Shown here: positions 25,318-35,790 of the stretch, one piece after another
Numbering within the stretch: the first letter of the stretch is position 1
Layout: each line of letters begins with the position of its first letter
Assembly (NCBI RefSeq): GCF_964204645.1
Contig: NC_134027.1
Location: 12,556,485-12,620,484 of the forward strand
DNA from: Tubulanus polymorphus
Taxonomy: Eukaryota > Animalia > Nemertea
Direction: 5' to 3'
DNA: 64,000 bases
Program-made: the position numbers and the translations under genes
The notes under the pieces: model-generated
The model's database searches: none
What the model saw: only the letters and a program-made list of their open reading frames with translations
Told to the model about the DNA's origin: nothing

Positions 25318-28300
25318 TTAGAATGCTGGTTTCGGTTGCTGTGTCAAAAGTATTCCACATCTTTTCTTGACTATAATTCTTTGTCTGGAGAACTTATCAT
25401 CGGGAGAAAATCTTGCCGGATGAGCTGAGGCAGTTGGCTCTTCTTCGCCATTTTGTTTGGCCACTTTCTTCTACAAATAGAAACAATATAAATGGATAAT
25501 ACATAGGTCAACTCTGTATTTCTTGTTGTCTCTAATTGTAATTCCTGAATTTAAGGTACAGTGGCATTGGGCTCGCTCATAAATATCACCCCACCACTGG
25601 CCTACCAGTCAGCCAAATCAAAACAGTGCAATTTATACTGATGTATGGCCTCAGCATGAAATTTGAGGGTCCAGGAACATCAGCATGCCCACTTGTATTG
25701 GTTTTTGAAATACCCCGCCATACACTCTGCCCCACTTTGTGAGAATTTAAGTCGAACATAGACACACCTGTCTTAACTATGGATATCCATCGGGTATTCC
25801 AGGATGTTATCGTGCTAACAAGAAAAATGAGACCGCTACCCTGATGGCCATAATTGATGGCCGATGACCTACATTTTCAAAAGTGGTGAACATCTTGCCA
25901 GCCCAACCAAATTTCATGTAAATCCTTTAAAAATTGTGAGCTGTATCATGCTAACAAGAAAATCAAGATGTTTGCCCTAGCGACTATATTGGACGTGCGA
26001 TGACTTTTCAATAGGGGCTCACATCTCGCCTACCTTAACTAACTCACTAAATTTAATGAAAATCCATCAAGAATTATACTAGGCTGTATCATGCTCAATT
26101 CAAGGAAAGTGGAGAACAGAGTAAGAGAAAATAGGCGCAAAGAGCGGGATTTGAGCCCCGACCAGCATATTGCTAGTGTTAGTTCATTTTCGATGACTGA
26201 AAACTCTTGAGTTAAATTTTAACTCGGAACTGGGTGCCCGTGCACTAGTGGGGTCGTTTGGTCCCCTAACCCTCTGGACCCTAAAGGCTGGCTTATGTCG
26301 ACAAGCAACGCGACGCAAATGAGAGCAACCCAGCTTATGTCGACTGTGCTCCGATTCGCAGCAACTGAGGCCGACTAGCGGGATACGAGATCCTCCCAGT
26401 TGCTTCCCTGCTTATGTCTGTTGCGATTACTAGCAACTGCAACGGCTCAAATGGTCACGTGATAAGCATTTTGAGAATAAATTTGTATTATTTTGAATTA
26501 TTGGGATATACATTTCTATTAAAGAAGCTATTTCTTTAAGACTATGATCTTTCTGATTCTGTTTTGAATACAACGTGCTTGCGGCATTTTATAAAGATGG
26601 CCGCTTACACCATAATTCTACCAATTTCGGTTCTAGATCTTCGGTCCAGTCCTCTGCCGTGCTGAAAGTTTGCTTTACGTTTTGAACTACTTGAATTTGA
26701 AAGTTTATGACTAATTACGAATGACGCAAACTAGCGGTGATAATTTGTACTATGTATAAGCGGTGTCCTATTGGCTGGAACCCCTGCGCTCAGTTCCGTC
26801 GCGTCGCAGATTAGCTTATGTCGGTTGCGATCAAAAACAATTGTCCGCCTACCGTAGGCCAGAGTAGAACATGGGCAACTAGCCGGATACGGCTTCCGAG
26901 GAGTAGGTAGGCGTCGGGTTGTCGTCGCAAGCCGGCTTATGTCGAACCGATAGAGTAGCAACTGGCGGCCTCTCGTAGGCCGCTAATCGGCGATAAACCC
27001 AATTGCGTCGGTAGGCGTCGCTTTGCTTGTCAACATAAGCCAGGCTTAACCCTCTGGACCCTAAACCCTATCCCTTCTGTGATTCAAAAAGCCGCCATTT
27101 TGTTTCTTTCCAAAATCACTTCCGTTTTGTGGTTTTACCTAAATTGCCATAACGCCTGCGCACACTGGTCGACCCTAGTTCCAGGACGCGTTAACTACCT
27201 TTCAATATTCGGTAACGGATGCACATTCTTAGCGTTCAATTTCATTTCAAGGCCGTTTACGCTATCAAAAAATTCTCTAAGTCCAGAAATTGGTCGAGCG
27301 TGCAGGCATCACTACATGTTGGTTTTTTCAAAACTGGGTCATATCAGTTTGCATAATGAACAGGGTTCTTACAGATCTGGAAATCCAAAATTACCTGATT
27401 TTCCCTGATCCTTGACCCAAAATTTCATGATCATTGTCATCAGCAGCAAAAACAACGAGGCACCGAAAATTCAAATTTGAAGCCTGAATACTGATTTTTT
27501 AGAGGGGTTCTACTTAAAAGTAGCAATGTCACTTAAAGGGCTCCCAACAGGGCGATGGCATGATCCACCACAAATGCGGGGGGTCTGGGGGTCCTCCCCA
27601 AGAAAATTTACTACTTTTTGGTGCATTTTCCAAGCAATGTGCTTCTAGATATTTTCATGGATACACTTTAGCCAGAAATCTTTTACGTAAGTCTGCTTTT
27701 GTGCCCTATGCCGTTTTTTGACTGCATTTAAATTGATTTTGGTTATGAATACTACTTCAACCGGCTAATTGCAATTACCAATTACGCCATACTTCTAAAA
27801 ATAATATGATCATTATGGAATTTATTCAGAACTCAGGGACTTAATCATTACATAGTAGTATAATTTAGATCCCCCGTGTCTTGCCCTAAAAACTATTGTA
27901 AAGTAAAATTAAAGGCCACATGAACTACTATCAGCTATTACTTTGTCATTTGATGTTCTCATAATTCAGATTAAGCCTACAATGACCCTACCATAACAAT
28001 AGAACATTCAAGAGCACAGTGATTCCAGCTTTGTGGTGACTAACTTTGCTTTAGGTGAACGGAAAAAAAATAGCCAAGGTTTGCTGTTTGCTGTAGGCTA
28101 ATGCAACACAACTTAGAATTAGAAAAGACAGCTATCTGAAAACAGAGCTTCAGAAAATGACCAAGCTACTTCTCAAATCCCCTGACTTTTCCCTGATTTT
28201 AAAGGAGAGTCAGAATTCCTTGATTTTCCCCGCAGGGAAAAATGATTCTGAAATTCCGTGATCCGTAAGAACCCTGAATGAATGTGTTTTGATGACTCCA

Positions 28301-30820
28301 ATGTCTCGAGTTTCTATTGGATTCGAATCCTACAATTAATACTGATCTTACAATTCAGACTTTGATGACCAGTGAGTGTCGCCGCTGGTTTAATCCATAC
28401 AGCGCTGTTATGTTCAAGTCCAGAAAAATACTGATCTCACGGTCACTGATTTAAAAACAAAACTGATTTCATTATGAACTTTGGTGTCGTGTAAAGGAAC
28501 ACTTCCATATTTCCACATACTGACATGACCCAGTTTTCAAAAACACGTGTAAACACACATCAAATCTATGGAAGCCCAGAGACGACAACTTGGGTTCATG
28601 AGTTCCCCAGTTCATAACTTCCCGAGTTTATTTGGGCATGCACGACACTATTGAAATTACGCGACATCAAGAATCCAATTATAAGGATGTTAAATCCTTT
28701 TACATCATGAATTAACTACAAAAATAATGTCCGCATCAACCAAGACTGGTTGACTGTTTCCAATTCTGCACTGGCAGTCAACTGAAGGTCGACCGGCAAC
28801 CAGTCTATCATCAGCCATCAGCTTTCTTGATGGTTTATTGAAAATAAATAGATGTTTAAAATTACTAATAATTAGCTTTTATCTTTTTCATCATTAAAAC
28901 CCGAGCAGACTCATCGAGAGTCACCGGTTTATCAGAGTCACCCTACTCACTAGCCCGCGCACAGCAAATCATCATCATCATCAAAATCACGCACGGAAGG
29001 AGGCCTGGTGGTGGCGTATTGGTGTCCGGCTCGTTTGTTGATTAATATTGGTTTAGGTGACAGGGTTTAAAAAAGCTCTCTCACTTATAATATTTATTTC
29101 ATTACAAATAATTGGTATATTTTTTTCATTAATCGGAGCCACCCGAGCTACCTGCCAGAGGCGGAATGGAGGCGCCCTTCTCTCTTCAACATGCCATTAA
29201 TCACTGGTTATTCAGTGTCGTCTTAGCCTGAGATGCGGGTCTTTCATAGAGCATCGTGTTTACGTTCGATGTTTTTCTGGATCGCAGGCTTTTTGTCATC
29301 AAACAAACTCAAGAACTTGAGAACTCAGGAAGTTATGAACTCGGAACTCATGATGTCGCCTCAGGGCTTCCATACATAACGCCTGCGCACTCTACTGATT
29401 TCTCGACTTAGCCAAAAATTTATAGAAACACGTCCTGGAACTAGGGTCGACCGGTTCGCAATTTAAATCATCAAAAATATTATTATAAAACACATTTTCA
29501 AAGTCAACAAAGTAACTTATTAATTTATTTTAGTACAAAGGATTGATTTGACACTAAAATCAGTTGTTGCATTGCAATTAACACTAACAGGAGTTAACCT
29601 CTATATGATACTTTTGGGTAAAATACGTCATACGTCATCTCGGTAATAAGGACGACCGATACTTTTTAGCGGCAGACGTTGTATTATAGGGAACCGTAAC
29701 AACGACTGGTATTCAGACTAATGTCTATTTCAACCTGACTTGAGAGCATTCCGGGTGGCCCAGGTCGCTCATTTTTGGTAGTAGATACCTGATAAAGGTC
29801 TTAATAGGACCAGAAAGGACAAGCAGTCGACCTAAATCATAATTTTTTCATCCATTTGCAACTGTATTGAAGGATATCCAAAAAGTCTTCAATGAAAGGG
29901 GTTAAATGAAGAGAAGTGACTCCATGATTTGAAAGTTTAACAATATGTTTCCATGCCTACATACCAAACTTCAGTTGGTAGGCATGGAGACATATTGTTA
30001 AACTTTCAAATCATGGAGTCTCTTTTCTCTCATGAACCCCTTTCAGTGAAGACTTTTTGGATATCCTTCAATACAGTTTCAAATGGATTAAAAAATTTTG
30101 ATTTAGGTCCACTGCCAGTCCTTTCTGTCTGGTCTTACTAAGACCTTTATCAGGTATGTACTACCAAAACTGAGTGAGCTAGGCCACCTGGAATGCTCTC
30201 AAGTCAGGTTGAAATAGACATTACACGTTTCCTTTCCTCCGGTTTCGACATTAATTCCCGGTCCTCCTTAAGGCTTATTATCGAGATGATGTATTTTACC
30301 GAGATCAACCGAGATGAAATGAAATATAACATATTTATTTATTCCTTATCGATTTTAACAATTGACATCATTTCATATCATATCAGTAATAAATGCCTGC
30401 TGGAGTCATATTTTACATATTTTGTCGGATATTTTTGTAGAAAAATAACTTAACTTTACCGAGATGAGATCGTCGATCAATCAAATTCAATGAAATTTTA
30501 TTTTTTTTGCTAACCGAGTTTAAAAAAATATGTTAAATATGACTCTAGAAGGTATTTATTAGGCCTACTGATATAGGCCTAACATGATTTCAAGTGTTAA
30601 AATCGATAAGGAATAAATAAATATGCTATATTTCATCTCATCTCGGCTCGGTTCATCTCGGTAAAATACGTCATCTCGGTAATAAGGATGACCCTTAATT
30701 CCGTCATTTGTCTATTAATAATTAGCGAAGAAGCTTAAAACAGCACTACAAATTCAAATAACTCACTTTGAATGTATACACACGATCTCCATCTTCGTTC
30801 AGATGATACATCAAAAACAT
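25318..30820 (-). CDS. NOP10: H/ACA ribonucleoprotein subunit 3 (Nop10), 68 aa; exons 30820-30767 and 25470-25318
   Basis: [18 protein letters not shown]|[50 protein letters not shown]. Contains the [12 protein letters not shown] hallmark, a GTGAGT donor and a TAG acceptor; minus-strand AATAAA at 25222-25227. Absent from the ORF track. Confidence 0.95.
26285..27046. mobile_element. Harbinger-like MITE
   Basis: TIR AG(G/C)CTGGCTTATGT(C/T)GACAAGCAA; TAA TSD; repeated internal GCTTATGTCG. Confidence 0.75.
27361..28276. mobile_element. CAGGG-terminated non-autonomous element (hAT-like, 6-bp TSD)
   Basis: TIR CAGGGTTCTTAC(A/G)GATC; TSD AATGAA at 27355-27360 and 28277-28282; subterminal TTCCCTGA repeats. 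Confidence 0.75.
29721..30221. mobile_element. Palindromic (foldback) MITE
   Basis: ~240-bp arms (ATGTCTATTTCAACCTGACTTGAGAGCATTCC...) around a short loop near 29965, flanked by TA. Confidence 0.85.
30260..30693. mobile_element. Foldback MITE
   Basis: Inverted arms CTTATTATCGAGATGATGTATTTTACCGAGAT... / ...ATCTCGGTAAAATACGTCATCTCGGTAATAAG; related end at ~29617-29657. Confidence 0.7.
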
Positions 30821-31854
30821 ATTCAATTCTGTCTTATTTCCTTAATACAGGATGATTGCTGTATGTAGAGGAAATAATTTTTCACGTGGGTGTTTACTCC
30901 TTTATCGTAAAGTGCTGCCTTAAATCCAAATTCAACTTTATTCGCATTCGCGGGTCTGTGTTAGATGGTTGCATATGAGTCATTCTGCAGATTTTCCAGA
31001 ACCTGCCCTGAGAGGCCAGTCGTTTGAATCAATAGAAAATGAAAACCCATACAACAGAGTGAGCTGAAATGGTGGCAAGGTGATCGGGATATTCAGATTA
31101 AAACTAAAGTTTTCGATCATACAATAGAAGACTACGCTGTATTCTATAGAAATAAATTGAGAAATACAAATGCTTTTAATCATATTAAGCTAAAACAGTT
31201 AAAAAGTCAACACGATAAGGAAACAAAAGTTACCAAAAATCAAAATATGAATTTTTGTTGAAATATATAAGAAAATAGAATTAGAATTGATATTTTTCAG
31301 AAACAAATTAAAAAATACTAATTTTTTTCATAGAAATAAAAAAAAAAATGAAAAAAAACTTTTCTCTGTGGGAACATTTCTTATCAAAACATCATAAAAA
31401 ATTTCATCTATAACTTAATGAAGAAGAAAAATCACAATTATTCTCAGGAATAGAATTTTGCTGCTATGTTAGGTAATTAATGATAACGATGATACAAGTT
31501 TTTTTGTAAAAATTGAATTATATGATTCCAAGCGGCGCTGTTTTTATTTGTAATCTATAATTTACGATTAACGTGCTATATGTTTCTTCTAATTTCTTTG
31601 CACTTCACTTTCTCGTGTTACATTTGCATACGTATTTCTATATATTGTTCGCATCAATAAATATGAATGCACTTGTGTTAAATAACAAAGTCCTTATCGC
31701 ATCGTAATTGAACTGGCTATCGGCTTGCTCACACCAGGGAAGTGTGATGAGATCGGTAACTGGCCTAAGTCCCCAAGCATTGGCAATACTGATGATTTTT
31801 TTTATGTAGGCCTAAGGTTCCCGTTCAGCGCCCACCAGTCTATATAACTATCAG

Positions 31855-32087
31855 GAGGCGCATTTGTTTGAAAGGTTTTTGGGGAAATCGACTTTGTTCA
31901 TACCGGTTTACAAACCGGTTAGCATAAACCGGCGTCTTTGTTCAGGCATAAACCTAAACCCGTTTGTTCAGGCATAAACCCGACTTTTCGTGCGGTCGCA
32001 TTTGTTCACTCAACGGGAAAACGGTTCGTGACGCAATAAACCGATATAAACCGGTTTATACAAACCGATTTCAAACAAATGCGCCTC
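31855..32087. mobile_element. MITE
   Basis: TIR GAGGCGCATTTGTTTGAAA / TTTCAAACAAATGCGCCTC; internal AAACCGG repeats. Confidence 0.7.
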
Positions 32088-32144
32088 AGCACTTTCAAGA
32101 GTGTCTGCCATACTAATCCATTATACACTAATTTTAGTCAATAT

Positions 32145-32302
32145 AAAAATGATATTATAGATTAGAGAAGTCTATGATAGAACTAGATGTTCTAGTTTAT
32201 TCGAATTTAGGGTCGGATCCTATATGTTACCTGTGAACATTTAAAACCTTCATTTAGACAGAGCCGATAGAGGCCCCGCTTGTATTACTTTAGGTGATAA
32301 AT
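32145..32302 (+). mobile_element. Short LINE 3' fragment
   Basis: Highly similar to 50490-50640 (GAATTTAGGGTCGG..CCTATAT.TTACCTGTGAACA...CCTTCATTTAGACAGAGC). Confidence 0.7.
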
Positions 32303-33494
32303 GATCGAATCCTAAATGTGATCAAAATTCCATCAAATTTTAGTCAATATTTTATTTTTCAAATCAGATTTAGAGATTTAGACAGAGAGAAGCACTTCCA
32401 TCAATAAAGCCTAACAGTGTGCATAGCCTAAATGATGATTTCTTTTTTTGACGCCTTATAAAACGTTTTGAATTCTCGCGCGAGAAAACCAAAATGTTTT
32501 GTTTTCTCGCGCGAGTAAACCAAAAGTTTTGAATTCTCGCGCGAGAAAACCAAAAAAGGGCCACTGTGAAAATTTTTTATCGTTGCTCTAGCCGTACAGA
32601 AATTTTTTTTAGTATGGCCCGAATCAGCCACCATAAAAAGTGAATGGAGTCGGTCGCAAGTTATCAATTATTGGCAATTTTCAATAAAAGAATTAATAAA
32701 AAAACCACTACTACAGTCGAAGACCTGTATCATCTACCCAATCGCCACATCTCATAATTCCCCAAATTTCTTAAAACTTCGATTTTAAATTTGCAAATCC
32801 ACATTAGCTTATCCCAGAAATTCTACATTTTTTCGCAGGCGTCAAATAATTCATTGAAATTTATTGTCTTGTTAATTAATAACATGCCCCACTCTTTAAA
32901 TTATTTAGTCGATAACGAATGTGCTGAGTGAGAATGAAGTATCAGTGGTTGCTATCTGATCTGCCTAAACATACCTCTACCCGCCCTTTGGTTTTTTCGT
33001 TTTGGGTGAAATATAGAATCCAGTCCGGTTTTTAGCTGATATCGAAGATAACTTTTAAGTGGGTTCGGCCGCCAAAATGTACAATTGGCCTACTGGACAG
33101 CACTATTTCCCCTCCATTTCAACCACTGCTATCATAATATCACCCCAAAGGCAAGTTTCAATACAATTTCAATTCTGTGACAGAGGAGAGGAGTATAATA
33201 CGTACTTCCATTCAGATGATTTTAATGTTTAGGCCAAAGGCGAAATAAGAAGAAAATCGTTCGAAATCGACAGTTTGAGTCAAATCTATCGAAATTAACG
33301 AACTATAAACCATAAAGGGCCACCGGGCACTGAAGATTGAAATTTTTTATAATGTTTCAGTACATGAATGTACTGTATGTACTGTTATATGCCTTTGATT
33401 CCTAAAAAAATACTTTAAATAAGATAAATCAGCAATGCAATAACAATCACTGTTACAGGCCTATAGATGGCAGCACTATACAGTCATTATTAGG

Positions 33495-33800
33495 AGACCA
33501 TCGTCAAATCGGATCACGAACTCCTACTCGACCAACAGTGGCGTAGTAGAACCGCGTAGTATGCGGGACAATCTGATCTTCTGCGGCGTTGTAGAGACTG
33601 ACGGTGAAGACGCAGAAAAAATGGTGCGAGATTTCTGCACTAACGATCTCAAGCTAGCGAAAGAATCCGTCGAGGCTATTGAGTTTGCGCGTGTCCACCG
33701 TCTTGGAAAAATAAAGAGCGAACAGAAAAAAATTGAACATTTTAAGGACAGAGAGTTAGTGCGTTCAGTAGCGAGGAATGCAGGAAGAAAGACACTCTAA
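33495..33800 (+). mobile_element. LINE ORF1 remnant (L1 ORF1p-like RRM region)
   Basis: LLDQQWRS..MRDNLIFCGVVE...EFARVHRLGK matches the RSMRxNLxFxGxxE...RxHRLG pattern of non-LTR ORF1 proteins. Confidence 0.7.
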
Positions 33801-33972
33801 ATATTTGGATGGATATATGAAAGCTGTGGGTACTGGAGTGTTTAATGGGTAGTGTAGTGTGATCTGTGTGCATTTATGGCCAGCACACAGATCACATTGT
33901 TCAATGGGGTTTGGTCCAGGACTCGCGAGATTTTCAACAACACGGAAGTAACGTGTAATAAATGATGACTTG

Positions 33973-35471
33973 AGGTATAGGGATAATAGGCTTTCAGATC
34001 TAAGGTCGAAAGGTCGAGCTCATGAAAAAGAAAAATATGAAAATAATAACAATTTCTATTTGAATTAGTAGCGAAACTCATAAAAAATGAAAAATAATTC
34101 TCGCACACTCGAATTTATTTTTCATTTTATATGAGTTTCACTCCTAATTCAAATAGAAATTGTTATTATTTTCATATTTTTCATTTTTTACTCACTCACC
34201 CTTTCAACCTTTAATCTGAAAGCCTATTATCCCTATTACTCTTAAAATATTTATATACATGAATAAAATATATATGAATAACATATAAATTGATAGATTA
34301 TTCAACATAAAAGTGTTAGTAAAGTGTGAGCTCTTATAGAATAGATATATAGATATATTTTAAACATATTTCAATATTTATATTTGTATGAGTTAGATTT
34401 TTAAACATTAAAAGTGTTAGTAAAGTGTGATTAAAATAATTCATATATATATATATATACATGAATAACATATAAATGAATAACTTCTAAAATCAATTTA
34501 GTAAAAAAATATGTATAATTAATGGAATCAGAACAACCACAAACTATCAATATTACAAATAACACTGGTGTCATAAATATATACTACAAGAAGTGTTCTA
34601 AATGTGAATTAGATAAATTAGCTATAACAAAATTTAATAAGCGTAAGATTAGCAAAGATGGTTTTCAATATTGCTGTAAAACTTGTTTTAAATTAATACT
34701 AAACAATATCGAGCAGATAATATAGATCATTATAATTATTATATGGCAGAATATATGAGAGAAAGATATCAAACAGATCTTAATTTTAGATTGAAAAAAT
34801 GTTTAAGGACTAGATTAACATAATTATTCAACCAATAAGGGTAAAAAAATATTTTAAAGCGTAAGGTTTCAGCGAACTCTAACTCTTTTTGAATTTTAAT
34901 CTATTTTAATAAAAATTTGATATATAAATGTGCTCAAGATTAATTAAAGTTCCCGCGAAAGACATGAGTAATAAATATATAAATTCAATATTATATTATT
35001 CAACTGTTAACAATAATTTAGCAGATATTTCAGGAGTAAATATAAATAAGTATTATAAATCTGAAAATAATGAATTAATTGAAACATCAGATATATTTTG
35101 CGATAATATAATGCTATATAAAATCATGTTAGAAAAAGAAATTATTAAAGAAAATAGAACAACTTTTCTAAACGTTAATCAGAGAAAGATAACCCATTAT
35201 GAAATTAAAGAATGTTTTAATCAAGGAAATATTATATTAGATAACTTAGCTATAAAAATTACACGTGTTTTAACAATTCATGATGATAATTCAAAATCAT
35301 ATATCTTGAGTAGAATTAATCAAGAATTAAAATTGACAGAGAGTGTGCGAGAATTATTTTTTTTGAGTTTCGCTACTAATTCAAATAGAAATTGTTATTA
35401 TTTTCATATTTTTCATTTTTATGAGCTCGACCTTTCGACCTTTGATCTGAAAGCCTATTATCCCTATTACT
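33973..35471. mobile_element. Mini (non-autonomous) Maverick/Polinton-like element, 1499 bp
   Basis: ~135-bp TIRs (33973-34110, 35341-35471), AG...CT termini, TSD GACTTG at 33967-33972 and 35472-35477, a third TIR copy at 34111-34240, and a very AT-rich interior with virus-like ORFs. Confidence 0.7.
34522..34823 (+). pseudogene. Frameshifted Zn-ribbon protein resembling the N-terminal part of large-DNA-virus endonuclease VII/HNH-associated proteins
   Basis: KKCSKC...KFNKRKISKDGFQYCCKTC, then after a frameshift near 34695 NTKQYRADNIDHYNYYMAEYMRERYQTDLNFRLKKCLRTRLT*. Confidence 0.55.
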
Positions 35472-35473
35472 GA
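34928..35473 (+). CDS. Uncharacterised N/I/K-rich ORF of the mini-Maverick; C-terminus reads into the right TIR, probably truncated
   Basis: 181-codon ORF in very AT-rich DNA with start context TATATAAATG; no family recognised. Confidence 0.4.
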   Translation: MCSRLIKVPAKDMSNKYINSILYYSTVNNNLADISGVNINKYYKSENNELIETSDIFCDNIMLYKIMLEKEIIKENRTTFLNVNQRKITHYEIKECFNQGNIILDNLAIKITRVLTIHDDNSKSYILSRINQELKLTESVRELFFLSFATNSNRNCYYFHIFHFYELDLSTFDLKAYYPYY

Positions 35474-35640
35474 CTTGAATTGCATGACTACCTACCACCC
35501 GTCATTATTGTTGGAAAACTAAACGTTCGGCACTGACTAAAAATTAGTAATAACATTTTAGAAATGGCCAGAATTTTAACTTAGGTTCTATCTCATTTTA
35601 TCTGGGGATTTTTGCGAAGGGTCGATGCTATGCGCTAGAC

Positions 35641-35790
35641 TTTGTGGAAGATAGTAAATTTGTAAGTCTCAATATTTTCGGTATTAATAGTAAACTCCCT
35701 GAATTTAGTGATTTTATTAGGAGCTATAATTTTTTTATGTTTAACTGAAACCCGCCTCGACGATGTTGATGGAAATCTAATCAATGATTT
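35641..35790 (+). mobile_element. LINE ORF2 APE endonuclease N-terminal remnant
   Basis: KFVSLNIFGINSKLPEFSDFIRSYNF / CLTETRLDD (one frameshift) matches the SLNxxG...CLxET motifs of LINE APE domains. Confidence 0.65.

Noticed and set aside
33973-35471. Penelope-like pseudo-LTR interpretation of the inverted plus direct repeat layout
   Set aside because: No RT, GIY-YIG or hammerhead core seen; a clean TSD outside two inverted ends fits an integrase-type TIR element better.
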